Position numbers and translations under genes: made by a program. Shown in pieces: positions 1 through 14,650 of a stretch of 64,000 nucleotides of DNA. Location of the stretch: positions 53,382,001 through 53,446,000 of the forward strand of contig OZ024746.1 in the NCBI GenBank assembly GCA_964016885.1, written 5' to 3'. How positions within the stretch are numbered: position 1 is the first letter of the stretch; every line of letters starts with the position of its first letter. The DNA is from Eledone cirrhosa. Lineage: Eukaryota. The notes under the pieces were generated by a model. It had not been told where the DNA came from and ran no database searches. It saw only the letters and a list, made by a program, of their open reading frames with translations.

Positions 1-2242
<2,242 letters not shown>

Positions 2243-2499
2243 AACTTTGAATAACTTTGAAATGTTTTGGCCAGTATTGGCCCAGGCCATGTCTAACTTA
2301 ATAGCACCACCTGGCGAAGTCTTTCAATTCAGGATTTGGGCACCATGGCCCATTCGAGAAGAGAATTACTGTTTGCGGAGACATATCCGGGTGTGGGTGG
2401 TTTGTCCGGGATTACTTGGAGGAATTTGTCCAAAGACTTCTTGAATTTTGTGTGGTCAGTTTCTGTTTTGACGTGTCCTGGTGTGATGTTGAAGAGAGC
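2243..2499 (-). mobile_element. 3' end of a CR1-group LINE (ORF2 C-terminus plus short 3'UTR)
   Basis: Minus strand reads [50 protein letters not shown], matching the LFN..P/FK..LDKFL..IPD.P...GY C-terminal pattern of CR1-group ORF2. Ends in a repeated TTCAAAGTTA tail and sits inside an AT tract. Confidence 0.65.
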
Positions 2500-2546
2500 A
2501 TATATATATATATATATATCTACATATATATCTACATATATATATC

Positions 2547-2581
<35 letters not shown>

Positions 2582-2762
2582 ACATATAGATATATATATA
2601 TCTATATATATCTACATATATCTACATATATATATATATCTACATATATCTACATATATATATATATATATATATCTACATACATATATATATATATATA
2701 TCTACATACATATATATATATATATATATATTTACATATATATATATATATATATATATATC

Positions 2763-2835
<73 letters not shown>

Positions 2836-3075
2836 CTATATATATATATCTACGTATATCTACATATATATATATCTATATATATATATCTACATATATA
2901 TATATCTACATATATATATCTACATATATATATATCTACATATATATATCTACATATATATATCTACATATATATATATATATATCTATATATATATATA
3001 TATTTATATATATCTACATATATATATATCTATATCTATATATATATATATATATATATATATCTACATATATAT

Positions 3076-3106
<31 letters not shown>

Positions 3107-3315
3107 TATATATCTACATATATATATATCTATATCTATATATATACATATATATACATCTACATATATATATATATATATATCTACATATATATATATA
3201 TATATATATCTACATATATATATATATATATATATATATCTACATATATATATATATATATATATATATCTACACATATATATATATATCTACATATATA
3301 TATATATATATATCT

Positions 3316-3353
<38 letters not shown>

Positions 3354-3357
3354 ACAT
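2500..3357. repeat. (AT)n/(ATCT) compound microsatellite
   Basis: Directly visible. Confidence 0.97.
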
Positions 3358-5771
3358 ATCATCATCATCATCATCATCATCGTTTAACGTCCGTGTTCGA
3401 CGCTTGCATGGGTTTGGACGGGGGTTTTCCCACTTGAGGCAAGAGTGATTGTCTTGCTCACATAGGACTGTCTGGCGGGTTTTCTACAGCTGGATGCCCT
3501 TCCTAACACCAACCACATTTACAGTGTGGGGCTGGGAGGTTTTTACCGTGTTGCCTACACGGCCACATTACAGCGTGGACTGTCTGGCGGGTTTTCTATA
3601 GCTGGATGCCCTTCTTAACACCAACCACATTTACAGTGTGGGGCTGGGTTTTTTTTACCGTGTTGCCTACACGGCCACATTACAGCTTGGACTGTGTGTT
3701 TTTTTTATCGTGACACCTACACGATCTCATTTGTTTCAGCGTGGATGTTATGGCACCAACATAACGTTACATTGAAAGGGGCGGTGTGGATGGGGTGGGC
3801 GTGGTGGGACGGGGGTGTATTTTGTTAGAGATGCCTACTGACTGTAGTAGGTTTTACTTTGTATTTAGGTAAGGCGGGTCTTCTCTATTACTGAGTACCG
3901 CCAAAGGTTTCGGTCCAGTGACATTGTCTTGGAGAGGTGTAAGTGTGTGAGGTCGGAATTTATCAGCTCGTCCCAGGTTTTTCTGGGTCTGCCTACTCCG
4001 TAGCTACCGACTATCTTTATTGCCCTGCAATTTGTTATACAGCTGTCATCTTTCATGCGCATCACGTGACCATACCAACGTAGCCTTCTCTCGAGTAAAC
4101 AACATCTGATCCCTCTTATTTCTAATTTTTTCCTTAGTTCGCTTATGCTTTGCCGTTCACGGATGTTACTATTACACATCCAGCGGAGCATGCAAGCTTC
4201 GTTCCTCTCTAGTCTGCGTATATCCTCTGCACACAATGCCCAGGTCTCACTGCCATGTAACATTGCTGTTCGTAAGCAGGCATCATACAGCCTGCCTTTC
4301 ATTTTTAAAGAGAACCCTTTAGCGGCTAATAGTGGTATAAGCACTCTGAAATTTTTCCATCCAGTTCTGACTCTAGCTACAGTACTTTCAGAGCACCCAC
4401 CCCCACTGCTGATTTTGTCACCCAGGTAACGGAAGCTGTCGACTATTTCTATAGAACCCTCTGCGCAATTGAAAGAACTAGTATTTTTTGGGCATTTGCT
4501 GCTACTTATTGCACTAGAGCACCGGCCACATGTAAAATCTATGTTCTTAGTTAGCTTACCTGTGATCCCACTACATCTTTTATGCACCCATACTTTGCAT
4601 TTGGGACATAAAATGGAGTTTCTACCTACGCCTTTACTACACACTGAGCATGGCCATTTCCCGGAAGGGAACGTCGCCTTATTTTCTTTCCTACAAACTA
4701 GAACTTTAGTCTTAGCCAGGTTAATTTTAAGCCCTTTTGATTCTAGGCCATGCTTCCATGTTTGGAATTTCTTCTCTAGCTCGGCCATTGATTCAGTTAT
4801 GAGTGTTAGATCATTTGCGTATAGGAGTTCCCATGGGCAGCCGGTCTTGAACTCCACTGTTATAGCCTGAAGGGCAATAATAAATAGTAAGGGCTCAGAA
4901 CAGAGCCCTGATGTACACCAACTTTTACATTAAACTCTTCACTATATTCGTTGTTAATTCTAACCTTGCTGACTGTTTCTTTATACATGGCTTGTATAGC
5001 TCTCACAACCCATTCGTCAACACCTAGTTTTCTAAGAGCCCACCAGATAATGGAGCGGGGGACTCTGTCGAAGGCTTTCTCCAAGTCAACAAAAGCTAAG
5101 TATAGGGGTTTACTTTTAGCTAGGTACTTCTCCTGTAGTTGTCGTACAATGAAAAGAGCGTCTGTGGTACTTTTGCCTGACACAAAACTGAACTGCATTT
5201 CATCTAGATCAATTCTCTCTCTGATTAGTTGCGCTATTACTTTTTCCGTGACCTTCATGACCTGGTCGATTAATTTAATGCTTCTATAGTTACTCCTATC
5301 TAGGGCATCTCCTTTACCCTTGTAACAGTTAATGATGATGCTGCTACGCCAGTCCTTCGGAACAACCCCATTCTGTATGACTTGGTTTACTATCCGGGTG
5401 ACCATGGTGTGTCCCACCGTTCCAGAGGCTTTCAGCATCTCAGCAACTATTTCCGAAGGCCCAGCCGCCTTTCCCATCTTCATATCTTTGATTGCCTTAC
5501 TTATTATACTACCTTCGACTAACACTGCCGGTCCCTCTATTGGGTCAATGTGGGGGAGACTGTCTTTCTCCCATTGATTCTCCTCATTTAGAAGCCTTTC
5601 GTAGTGACACTTCCAAGCTACCTTCTTATCAGCGTCAGTGATGGCAAGTACACCATCATCATTAAGTACACACTTCTCCCCAACAATATCACGGTTTTCC
5701 TTGACACATTGCCTAGCAATCCTGAACACCTCACGTTTTTGGTCCTCACGTTGTAGAACATGCTTGAACTC
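3358..5771 (-). mobile_element. RTE-clade LINE, subfamily A, 5'-truncated, with 3'UTR and (GAT)n tail
   Basis: ORFs 4860..5729 and 3865..4857 carry RT motifs (NYRSIKL, FVDLEKAFDRVP, GVHQGSVLSP, YAND for [21 protein letters not shown]). The 3'UTR has a ~112-bp tandem duplication. Confidence 0.95.
3865..5729 (-). pseudogene. Frameshifted RTE reverse transcriptase ORF2 with embedded PHD-type Cys/His finger
   Basis: Two ORFs joined by a frameshift near 4890; catalytic YADD changed to YAND. Confidence 0.9.
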
Positions 5772-5787
5772 TATATATATATATATC

Positions 5788-5819
<32 letters not shown>

Positions 5820-5840
5820 CGTGATATATATATATATATA

Positions 5841-6027
5841 GGAACGAGTAGGACCCCGACGGCTGAGCTCAAGCCGTTTCGATGGCTAATTCTTGAATTG
5901 GCCCTCAAAACGGCTTGAGCTCAGCTGTCGGGGTCCTACTCGTTCCTATTACCCACTCTACTACCCTAAGTATTGAGTACTTTGGTGCGTTATGGTCCAC
6001 CTGGTTCCTTACCTCATTTCCTTCGTT
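5841..6027. mobile_element. Short fold-back element, probable Penelope-like pseudo-LTR remnant
   Basis: Inverted arms 5841-5880 and 5908-5946; near-identical copy at 13571-13755; partial copies near 47700 and 50885. Confidence 0.55.
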
Positions 6028-6045
6028 ATATATATATATATATAT

Positions 6046-8240
6046 CAACATGAGGACCAGAAACAGGAGGTGTTCAAGATTGCGAGGCAGTGTGTCAGAG
6101 AGAGTTGTGATGTCATTGGAGAGAAGTGTATCCGGAATGATAAAGGTGAGCTTCCCTCACAACTGCTGAGAAGAAAGATGCATGGAAGAGTCATTATGAT
6201 AGATTACTAAATGAGGAGAATGCATGGGTAGAAGAGACCCTACCCCAAGTAGACCCTCTAGAAGGGCCAGCAGTACAACTCAGCAGCAATGTAGTAAATA
6301 AGCCAATCAAAGATATGAAGATGGGGAAGGCAACCGGTCCATCGGGTATAGCTGCCAAGACGCTGAAGGCATCTGGGTCTGTAGGTCACACTATAACCCC
6401 ACGTATTGTTAACCAGGTAATACTAGAAGGTGTCATACCAAAAGATTGGTGCAGTAGCATCATTGTCAACTGCTACAAAGGTAAAGGTGATGCACTAGAT
6501 AGAGGAAACTATAGAGGTATAAAGTTGATGGACCAGGTCATGAACATAACAGAAAGAGTTATAGCACAGTTGATTAGGGACCGGGTGAAACTAGACAAGA
6601 TGCAATTTGGGTTTGTACCAGGAAGAGGCACCACTGATGCCCTCTTCCTTGTGAGGCAGTTACAGGAAAAGTACCTAGCTAAAAGTAAGCCACTCTACTT
6701 GGCATTTGTCGACCTTGAGAAAGCCTTTGACAGAGTTCCACGTGCTGTAATCTGGTGGGCTCTTAGAAAACTAGGAGTAGATGAATGGCTTGTGAAAGCG
6801 GTACAAGCCATGTATAGGGGAGCAGTCAGCAAAGTTAGGATTAGCAATGAGTATAGCGAGGAATTTAGCGTACAGGTTGGGGTCCACCAGGGCTCTGTTC
6901 TTAGCCCCCTCCTGTTCATCATAGTCCTGCAGGCAATAACAGAGGAGTTTAAGACCGGATGCCCATGGGAACTCCTGTATGCTGATGACCTCGCACTTAT
7001 AGCTGAATCTATGGTAGAACTAGAGAATAAATTCCAAACTTGGAAGCAGGGACTAGAAAGAAAGGGTCTCAAAGTCAACATGACAAAGACTAAGGTCCTT
7101 GTAAGTAGACGAGAAAACAGAACCCAGATCCCCTCAGGGAAATGGCCTTGCTCAGTATGTAGGAAAGGTGTAGGTAGGAACTCCATTCTCTGCCCCAAAT
7201 GCAAACAATGGGTACACAAGAGATGTAGCGGGATCTCAGGAAGCTTAATTAAGAATGTAGGCTTCACATGCAGCAGCTGTCCTGGGACAGCAAGCAGCAA
7301 ACAGCCACAGGAAACAAGTACCACCAATCTCTGGGAGGGCCCTGTAGAAACAGTAGACAGCTTTTGTTACCTAGGTGACCGAATTAGCAGCGGAGGTGGG
7401 TGTTCAGAAAGTACAATAAATAGGGTAAGAATGGGATGGAAGAAGTTTAGGGAACTACTACCACTGCTAGCTGCAAAAGGCTTCTCCCTCAGAATGAAAG
7501 GCAGACTGTATGATGCGTGTATCCGAACAGCGATGTTGCATGGTAGTGCGACCTGGGCGCTGAAGGTGGAAGACTTACGTAGATTAGAGAGAAACGAAGC
7601 CTGCATGCTCTGATGGATGTGTAACAGTAATATACGTGAACGACAAAGTATAAATGAATTGAGAGAGAGAGTGAGCATAAGAGGAATCAAATGCTGTGTG
7701 CAGGAGAGGCGGTTGCGCTGGTATGGACATGTGATGCGTATGAAGGATGACAGCTGCATAAAAAGGTGCAGAGCACTAGAAGTTGATGGAAACCGCGGAG
7801 TGGGGAGACCCAAGATGACCTGGGATGAGGTGATAAAAGCCGACCTTACCCAATTACACCTCTCAAAGGCAATGACACACGACCGTGACCTCTGGCGTCA
7901 TGCAGTAATACAGAGTACCCGACCTCCCATGGGTACAAGCTGAAGCAGCATATAGACAATATGCCCCCCCCCCCCCCCCACTGCAAGGTGGTCGTGGAGG
8001 TGCCACGGCAAAAAAGCACCCAGCCCACACTGTAAAGTGGACGTGTAGGCGCCACGAAAAAGCACCTACCACTCACTGCAAATGAGGTTAGTGTTAGGAA
8101 GGGCATCCAGCTGTAGAAATCAAGCCAAATCAGTTCCTGTATGAGCAAGGCATGGTCAGCCGACCAGACACTGCCCACAACAGGACAACCCGTCTAACCC
8201 TTGCTAGCATGGAAGAATGGACGTAAAACGGTGATGATGA
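6046..8240 (+). mobile_element. RTE-clade LINE, subfamily B, 5'-truncated
   Basis: ORFs 6315..7613 and 7617..7943, separated by a premature TGA. Motifs LLYADD, GVHQGSVLSP and PHD-like finger; ~290-bp 3'UTR ending GGACGTAAAACGGTGATGATG. Confidence 0.96.
6315..7943 (+). pseudogene. RTE reverse transcriptase ORF2 with a nonsense mutation at 7611
   Basis: The homologous copy has CGA (near 39339) where this copy has TGA. Confidence 0.9.
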
Positions 8241-8614
8241 TATATATATATATATCTACATATATATATCTACATATATATATCTACATATATATATCTA
8301 CAAATATATATCTACATATATATATATATCTACATATATACATACACATATACACACACACACAAACTAACCATTACACACACACAAATATGCACATACA
8401 CACACACACAAATGGCAACCAGTAATTTCCCCTTTGTGTAGCATAGACAGACACTCTAACCTTTTCAGGCTAAACAACCTTATACAATTGGCTTGTTAAC
8501 AGAAGAAAATGTCACTTATTGTAATAATAATAACAGCAACAACTATTACAGTAGTGGTAGTAGTAATAGCAGTAGTAGAAATAATACAAGTAGTAGTAGT
8601 AGTAGTAATAATAA

Positions 8615-9485
8615 TAATTGTTTCTACTTTAGGCACAAGGCCAGCAATTACCCAGTACATTACTGGTACTTTATTTTATCGACCCCGTAAGGATGAAAGG
8701 CAAAGTTAACCTCGGCGGGATTTGAACTCAGAATGTAAAGGGACATAACTATGCTAGAAAGCATGGCGTCCAACCCTCTACCGATACTGCCAATTAATAG
8801 TAATAATGGTTTCAAATTTAGGCTCAAGGCCAGCCATTTGGGAAGAGGGGTAAGTTGATTAAATCAACCTCAGTATTCAACTGGTATTTTATTTTGTTGA
8901 CCCTAGAAGGATGAAATGTGAAGTTGAACTTAGAATGTATAAGGCCAAAATAAATACTTCTACTACTACTACTACTACTACTACTAAATATATTGATAAT
9001 AAAAATAATAGTAATAATTGTTTCTACTTTTGGCACAAGGCCAGCAATTACCCAGTTCTAATTTAGGAACAAGGCCAGCAATTTGAAGGGGAGGGGAAAG
9101 TCAATTAAATCGACCCCAGTGCATTACTGGTATTTTATTTTATCGACACCATAAGGATGAAAGGTAAAGCTAACCTTGATAGGATTTGAACTCAGATCGT
9201 AAAGGGCCATAACCCTATGCCATACCGCATGTCTGATGCTCTACCGATACTGCCAATCCCCTGCCCTAACTATAGTAGTAATAATAATGAATATAATATT
9301 AACAATGGTAATAATTGTTTCTACTTTTGGCACAAGGCCAGCAATTTTATCCCAGTGTATTATTGGTGGTACTTTGTTTTATCGACTCCGTGAGGATGAA
9401 AGGCAAAGTTAACCTCGGCAACATTTGAACTCAGACCATAAAGGGACGTAACTATGCTACAAAGCATGTTTTCCGACCCTCTGCA
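8615..9485 (-). mobile_element. Cluster of 4 copies or fragments of tRNA-derived SINE family 1
   Basis: Repeated GGCACAAGGCCAGCAATT..TTTATCGACCCCGTAAGGATGAAAGGCAAAGTTAACCTCGGCGGGATTTGAACTCAG, the reverse complement of B-box GAGTTCAAATCC plus a conserved body. Confidence 0.9.
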
Positions 9486-9680
9486 GGTGGTATAGGTATA
9501 GGCATACAGCAGAAAAGGTGTTAGAGAATGACAAATGAACCAAACTCTAGGGATATACCAATACAGAGAGAAGAAAATCAAGGCTAACTGACCTGATATT
9601 GTAGTTAATGATCACCAAGAAATGGATTTTAATCAACATATCAGTCCCAACAGATAATGTACCCTTTAATAGTATGAAGA
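9486..9680 (+). mobile_element. Degenerate R4/Dong-like non-LTR element fragment (restriction-like endonuclease domain)
   Basis: Across frameshifts reads RWY..HTAEKVLENDK..L.DIPIQ..IKAN*PDIVVNDH..LINISVPTDN, matching the W.H.PEKV..WD.PI....ANRPDIVV..IDVS.P pattern. Confidence 0.6.
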
Positions 9681-10079
9681 CATTATCCTGCTGATGAAAT
9701 TAATGCACAAGCATTTCACAGGCATGTGCACCCTTAATGTAGTTTTCAGTGAAATTTAGCATCACATACTGTGTGTGACAACGCTGGCCATTTGCATTAT
9801 AAATACAACTAATTTTTTTTTTTCCAGCTGAGTGGTTTGGTATAATGTGAAAAGGAAGTGTCTTACTCCAAGATCCAACAATCAACAATCTGCCTGGTCA
9901 GGGAATTAAACCCTCTACCTCATAGTTGAGTTAAACATCCTGGCCACTAGGATGTGCACCGTCAATTTAGATATTAACATGGTGGTCAGTGAAAATAAAA
10001 TCACAGGAAAAGGCTCAATTTTTTGCCTGGGGAAAAATGCTACACTTTTTTCTCCAGAACAAAATAATCCATATACTAT

Positions 10080-10312
10080 TTAAACCTTTAGCATTTATAT
10101 TTCTCTATATATACTATTATATTCTTATATTTTCATGGTAAAGGCTTTACTTCACATAATTATCTTACATGATATCGAATCTATGAGATTTTAATATTTA
10201 TGTTAAGAACAATACCTTAATATCAGTAAGAGTGGCCAGTTACGGCCGGCTTGAACAGAAAGGGGAGAGAGATTCTGGCCAGATACAGCTGGTTTATATG
10301 CTGAAGAGCTAA
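10080..10312 (-). mobile_element. piggyBac-type MITE, degenerate empty copy
   Basis: Reverse-complement homolog of the element at 23012-23528; ends CCTTTAGCATTTA and TGCTGAAGAGCTAA. Confidence 0.65.
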
Positions 10313-10521
10313 GCATGATATATACTGATGGCTCTCATTGAACCATTGAGCTGTGGAGCATATTGATTATCCATATGAAGTTGCAGACAGACATACACTT
10401 GCATGGGTTAGACAGGTTGTCCTATTTGAGGCAAGTCGAGGTCAGATGACCATGTCTTGCTCAGAGAACCGATTTGGGGTTGGTTGGTTTCTATGGCTGG
10501 ATGCCCTTCCTAATCCTAATG

Positions 10522-10569
<48 letters not shown>

Positions 10570-10571
<2 letters not shown>

Positions 10572-10715
10572 ATTGTTTCTACTTTTGGCACAAGGCCATC
10601 AATTATCTCAGTGTATTACTGGTACTTTATTTTATCGACCCTGTAAGGATGAAAGGCAAAGTTAACCTCGGCGGGATTTGAACTCAGACCATGAAGGGCT
10701 GTAACAATGGTAAAA
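10570..10715 (-). mobile_element. SINE family 1
   Basis: Same conserved body as the 8615 copy. Confidence 0.88.
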
Positions 10716-10897
10716 GACCAGGAGGTTATATCCTTTGTTGGTAGAGCACTCAGTCCAAAGGACGATTTCAGTATAAAGTTAGTTCCACAACAAGTGGTTT
10801 GCTAATGATTATATATATACATACATATATATATATATATAATATATATATACACACACACACGCACACTGTAGAAGCTATTCTGTATTAAATAATG

Positions 10898-10944
<47 letters not shown>

Positions 10945-10958
10945 TGTATTAAATAATG

Positions 10959-11000
<42 letters not shown>

Positions 11001-11127
11001 AAATCCCAACCATGGCACCAAGCAGTCAGGATTTTACATATCTCTATACCCACTCTACATCTCCCCAATGTATCAAGTACTCACATGATTAACGGTTTCC
11101 TCAGTCTCTGCACCACAGACTATATAT

Positions 11128-11420
11128 ATGAGAAACTGGGTATAAGAGGGATAAGTTGTGGTGTGCAGGAGAGAAGGCTGAGATGGTATGGACATGTGAT
11201 GCGCATGGAGGATGACCGCTGGGTAAAGAAGTGCCAAGAAGTCACCTTGGAGGGAAGACGCAGTAGAAGTAGACCACGAAAAACATGGGCGGAGGTGATG
11301 AGAGCAGACCCCAGATTGCTGAAACACACCAAGGACCGTGACAAGTGGAGAGATGCTGTGCTGAATAGTTAATCCAACCCTTGAAGCAGGGCAAAGCGGA
11401 CGTAAAATGATGATGATGAT
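11128..11420 (+). mobile_element. RTE subfamily C 3' fragment
   Basis: [41 protein letters not shown]; tail AAAGCGGACGTAAAATGATGATG. Confidence 0.9.
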
Positions 11421-11532
11421 ATATATATATGGCTTCTACTGGATTAGAACTGTTTCATTCCTATGAAATCAGCATACCTGATACAAATGAAACCATTCTA
11501 GCCCTGAAGAAGCCATTTTTATATTAAATAAT

Positions 11533-11710
11533 AATTATTTCTACTTTTGGCACAAGGCCAGCAATTACCTAGTTCATTACTGGTACTTTATTTTATCGAC
11601 CCTGTAAGGATGAAAGGCAAAGTTAACCTCGGCCGGATTTGAACTCAGAATGGCAAGGGCCGTAACTATGCGTCGAAACATGGCGTCTGACCCTGTACTG
11701 ATACTGCCAA
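11533..11710 (-). mobile_element. SINE family 1
   Basis: Conserved body and B box. Confidence 0.88.
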
Positions 11711-12557
11711 ATGTTTACTCTCTACTAATGTATTGAGTCCTTTTTTAAACTGTGGTTACCCCTATTTAACTCAGGATCTACATATCTATATATATATATA
11801 CCTATCCCATCTAAAATATTTGAAGCTGTGTGTGGGTAATGGGTTTAAAGTAGAAGGGTGTTTGTATGTACATACACATACACATATATACATACATAGA
11901 CACACACACATACATATAAGACTGCTTTGGTAAACAGGACAAGATCATCATCATCATAGCTGTTAGTGTGTGCATGTGAGAAGTTGAAAAAAATGTCTTT
12001 GCCACCTCCACCTCCCTCTATCATTCTATCTACCTACTTCTCTCTCCCTTCTACTCTGCCTGCTTCTCTCTCTCCCCTCTACTCCACCTGCTTCTCAGGC
12101 TCTCTCTTATCCCATTTCTCCTCCTCCTCCACCATCAGCTGGGTCAGTGAAAGGTCAAGCAAGATGGAATGTAGCCTTTCTTTTCACATTTCCTTTTCTC
12201 AGTATGTACAGGCATATACCTATTAAGTACATACATTAATGAGGTTCATACACACATTTAAACACAGAATCACATACACAGACACTAACTAAGAAGTACA
12301 CAGACACATATACATGAGGCACACACACATACAAATAAGTAAATGTTTTAAATCCCCTAAAAGCCTTTGGTTTTCCTTTATGTGTGTGTGTGTACATATA
12401 TATATATAAAGCACTGTACTAAAACGTACATAGATGTACATATCTATATGCATATCTATACACACATACATACAAACAAACACTGATGTACATATATATA
12501 TATATATACACACATACATACAAACAAACACTGATGTACATATATATATATATATAT

Positions 12558-13140
12558 GGTGGCTGCCAACTCGTTTTCGAGTACGGCCACTACTTTATAT
12601 CCATGTAGGAGAACCCCTACCGATGCGCTGAACGAGTGTGACTTTTTAGTCCAGCCAGCAACTTGAAAACTCTGGTACAAACACTACACTTGTGACAATT
12701 ATTGCTGGGCCCATGGTACCATGTGACGACAAGTGCAGAGAGATCTCCAGATATAAAGCAATGCCTGTGCCGTGAAGCTTTTATAGTGAGCAAAGGCACT
12801 GCACAAAGCCAGTCCCACTCTCTTAACCAAGATGATATTTACCAAAAAGAACAAGTCAACATCATTGGATACCATCAGGGTTGCAAGTGTTATATCAGAG
12901 TTTTCTTTCTCCTAGAATTCTGCCTTGACAAAGGCTAAGGGTCATCTCTCCTGGTGATTTTGGATGGCCATTGACTCTTAAGAGCTCCTTTGCCCTTTGA
13001 TAGGTTTTGTTTTTAGTCCTGCAGGATGTCCAAAGTCACCCTCCTCACCAAGAAACCTTGGTGGGGTTGCCAGTTTAGTCGCCAACGACCCGACCATGAG
13101 CCAGGTTGTACTGGGATACATGTTACCAGTAGCACCTGAC
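12558..13140 (-). mobile_element. Non-autonomous bipartite RTE-derived element (5'UTR-like part plus C-terminal C2H2 finger and 3' end), copy 1
   Basis: Near-identical copies at 43701-44306 and 55826-56218. Encodes CSVCTRVFKLLAGLKSHTRSAH* and ends GGCCGTACTCGAAAACGAGTTGGCAGCCACC. Confidence 0.8.
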
Positions 13141-13355
13141 ATAAATATAATATATATATAATATATATATATATATACACACATACATACAAACAACACT
13201 GATGTACATGTACATATATATACACACACACACACACATACATAGAAACACTGATGTACATATACATATATATACACACATACACACATACATACATACA
13301 AACACTGATGTATATATATATACACACATACATACAAACAAACACTGATGTACAC

Positions 13356-13388
<33 letters not shown>

Positions 13389-13408
13389 TACATATAAACA
13401 AACACTGA

Positions 13409-13466
<58 letters not shown>

Positions 13467-13570
13467 TACATACATACATACATACATACATACATACAAA
13501 CATTGATGTACATATGTATATACATATACACACATTATATACATTTATATATATATATATATATATATAT

Positions 13571-13755
13571 AGGAACAGTAGGACCCCCGACGGCTGAGCT
13601 CAAGCCGTTTCGACGTTTCTATGTTTTAGCCGTCGAAACGGCTTGAGCTCAGCCGTCGGGGTCCTACTCGTTCCTATTACCCACTCTACTACCCTAAGTA
13701 TTGAGTACTTTGGTGCATTATGGTCCACCTGGTTCCTTACCACATTTCCTTCGTT
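13571..13755. mobile_element. Short fold-back element, copy 2 (probable Penelope-like remnant)
   Basis: Homologous to 5841-6027 but with a different loop. Confidence 0.55.
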
Positions 13756-14165
13756 ATATATATATAAAGATTTACATATACACAAAGTCACAGATATATA
13801 TGTGGGAACCATTCACGATGTGGGTCAATGAAGAATATATATTTTAATTATTAATTATATATTTTATCAAATGATTCTATGGACATAATTTATGATATAT
13901 ATATATATATATGTTTACAAACACCATCTTCACTTCCATGTCTCCCAAACTTCTCTATCTCTTTTACTTGCCCCTCTTCACAACCCCACCTTGCCAAGAA
14001 CTCCCCCAACCAACCAACTAGTGAGCAGCCCTCTGATCTGGGTCAGTCATGAAATAAGGTCATTTAAGCAGGGTTACTATGATACCCTAGATATATATAT
14101 ATTCACCATGTATTAGAAAACACACACATATTTATAGATACAACCAGACATACATACATCCATAC

Positions 14166-14360
14166 ATACATACATGATGGCTGCCCCCTCGTTATCGAGT
14201 ATGGCCATTGCACGAGGAGAAAAAAAAAAAAATAATAATAATAAAATTAAAAAAATATATATATATATATTTCTTTTTTTTTTATTTATTTATTATTATT
14301 TTTTTCTCCTCGGTGCAATGGCCATACTCGATAACGAGGGGGCAGCCATCATGTATGTAT
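14166..14360. repeat. Near-perfect palindrome built from an RTE-type 3' end
   Basis: ATGATGGCTGCCCCCTCGTTATCGAGTATGGCCATTGCAC and its reverse complement flank an A-rich/T-rich centre. Confidence 0.9.
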
Positions 14361-14650
14361 CATCATCATCACCGTTTTACGTCCGTTCTTCCACGCTAGC
14401 ATGGGTTAGATGGGTTGTCCTGTTGTAGGCAGTGTCTGGTCGGCTGACCATGCCTTGCTCATACAGGAACTGATTTGGCTTGATTTCTACAGCTGGATGC
14501 CCTTCCTAACACCAACCTCATTTACAGTGAGTGCTGGGTGCTTTTTCGTGGCGCCTACACGTCCACTTTACAGTGTGGGCTGGGTGCTTTTTTGCCTTGA
14601 CACCTCCACGACCACCTTGCAGTGGGAGGGTGTGGGGGCATATTGTCTAT
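14358..14650 (-). mobile_element. RTE subfamily B 3'UTR-only insertion
   Basis: Reverse complement of 7950-8240. Confidence 0.9.

Noticed and set aside
6695-7813. Antisense ORFs over RTE copies (also 38505..39541 and 51319..51944)
   Set aside because: Shadows of the RT reading frame with no independent motifs.
12470-13515. ACAAACACTGATGTACA repeated with variable spacers (also the TATA-containing unit at 44470-44980)
   Set aside because: The spacers are only variable-length TA/CA microsatellites, so these are compound minisatellites.
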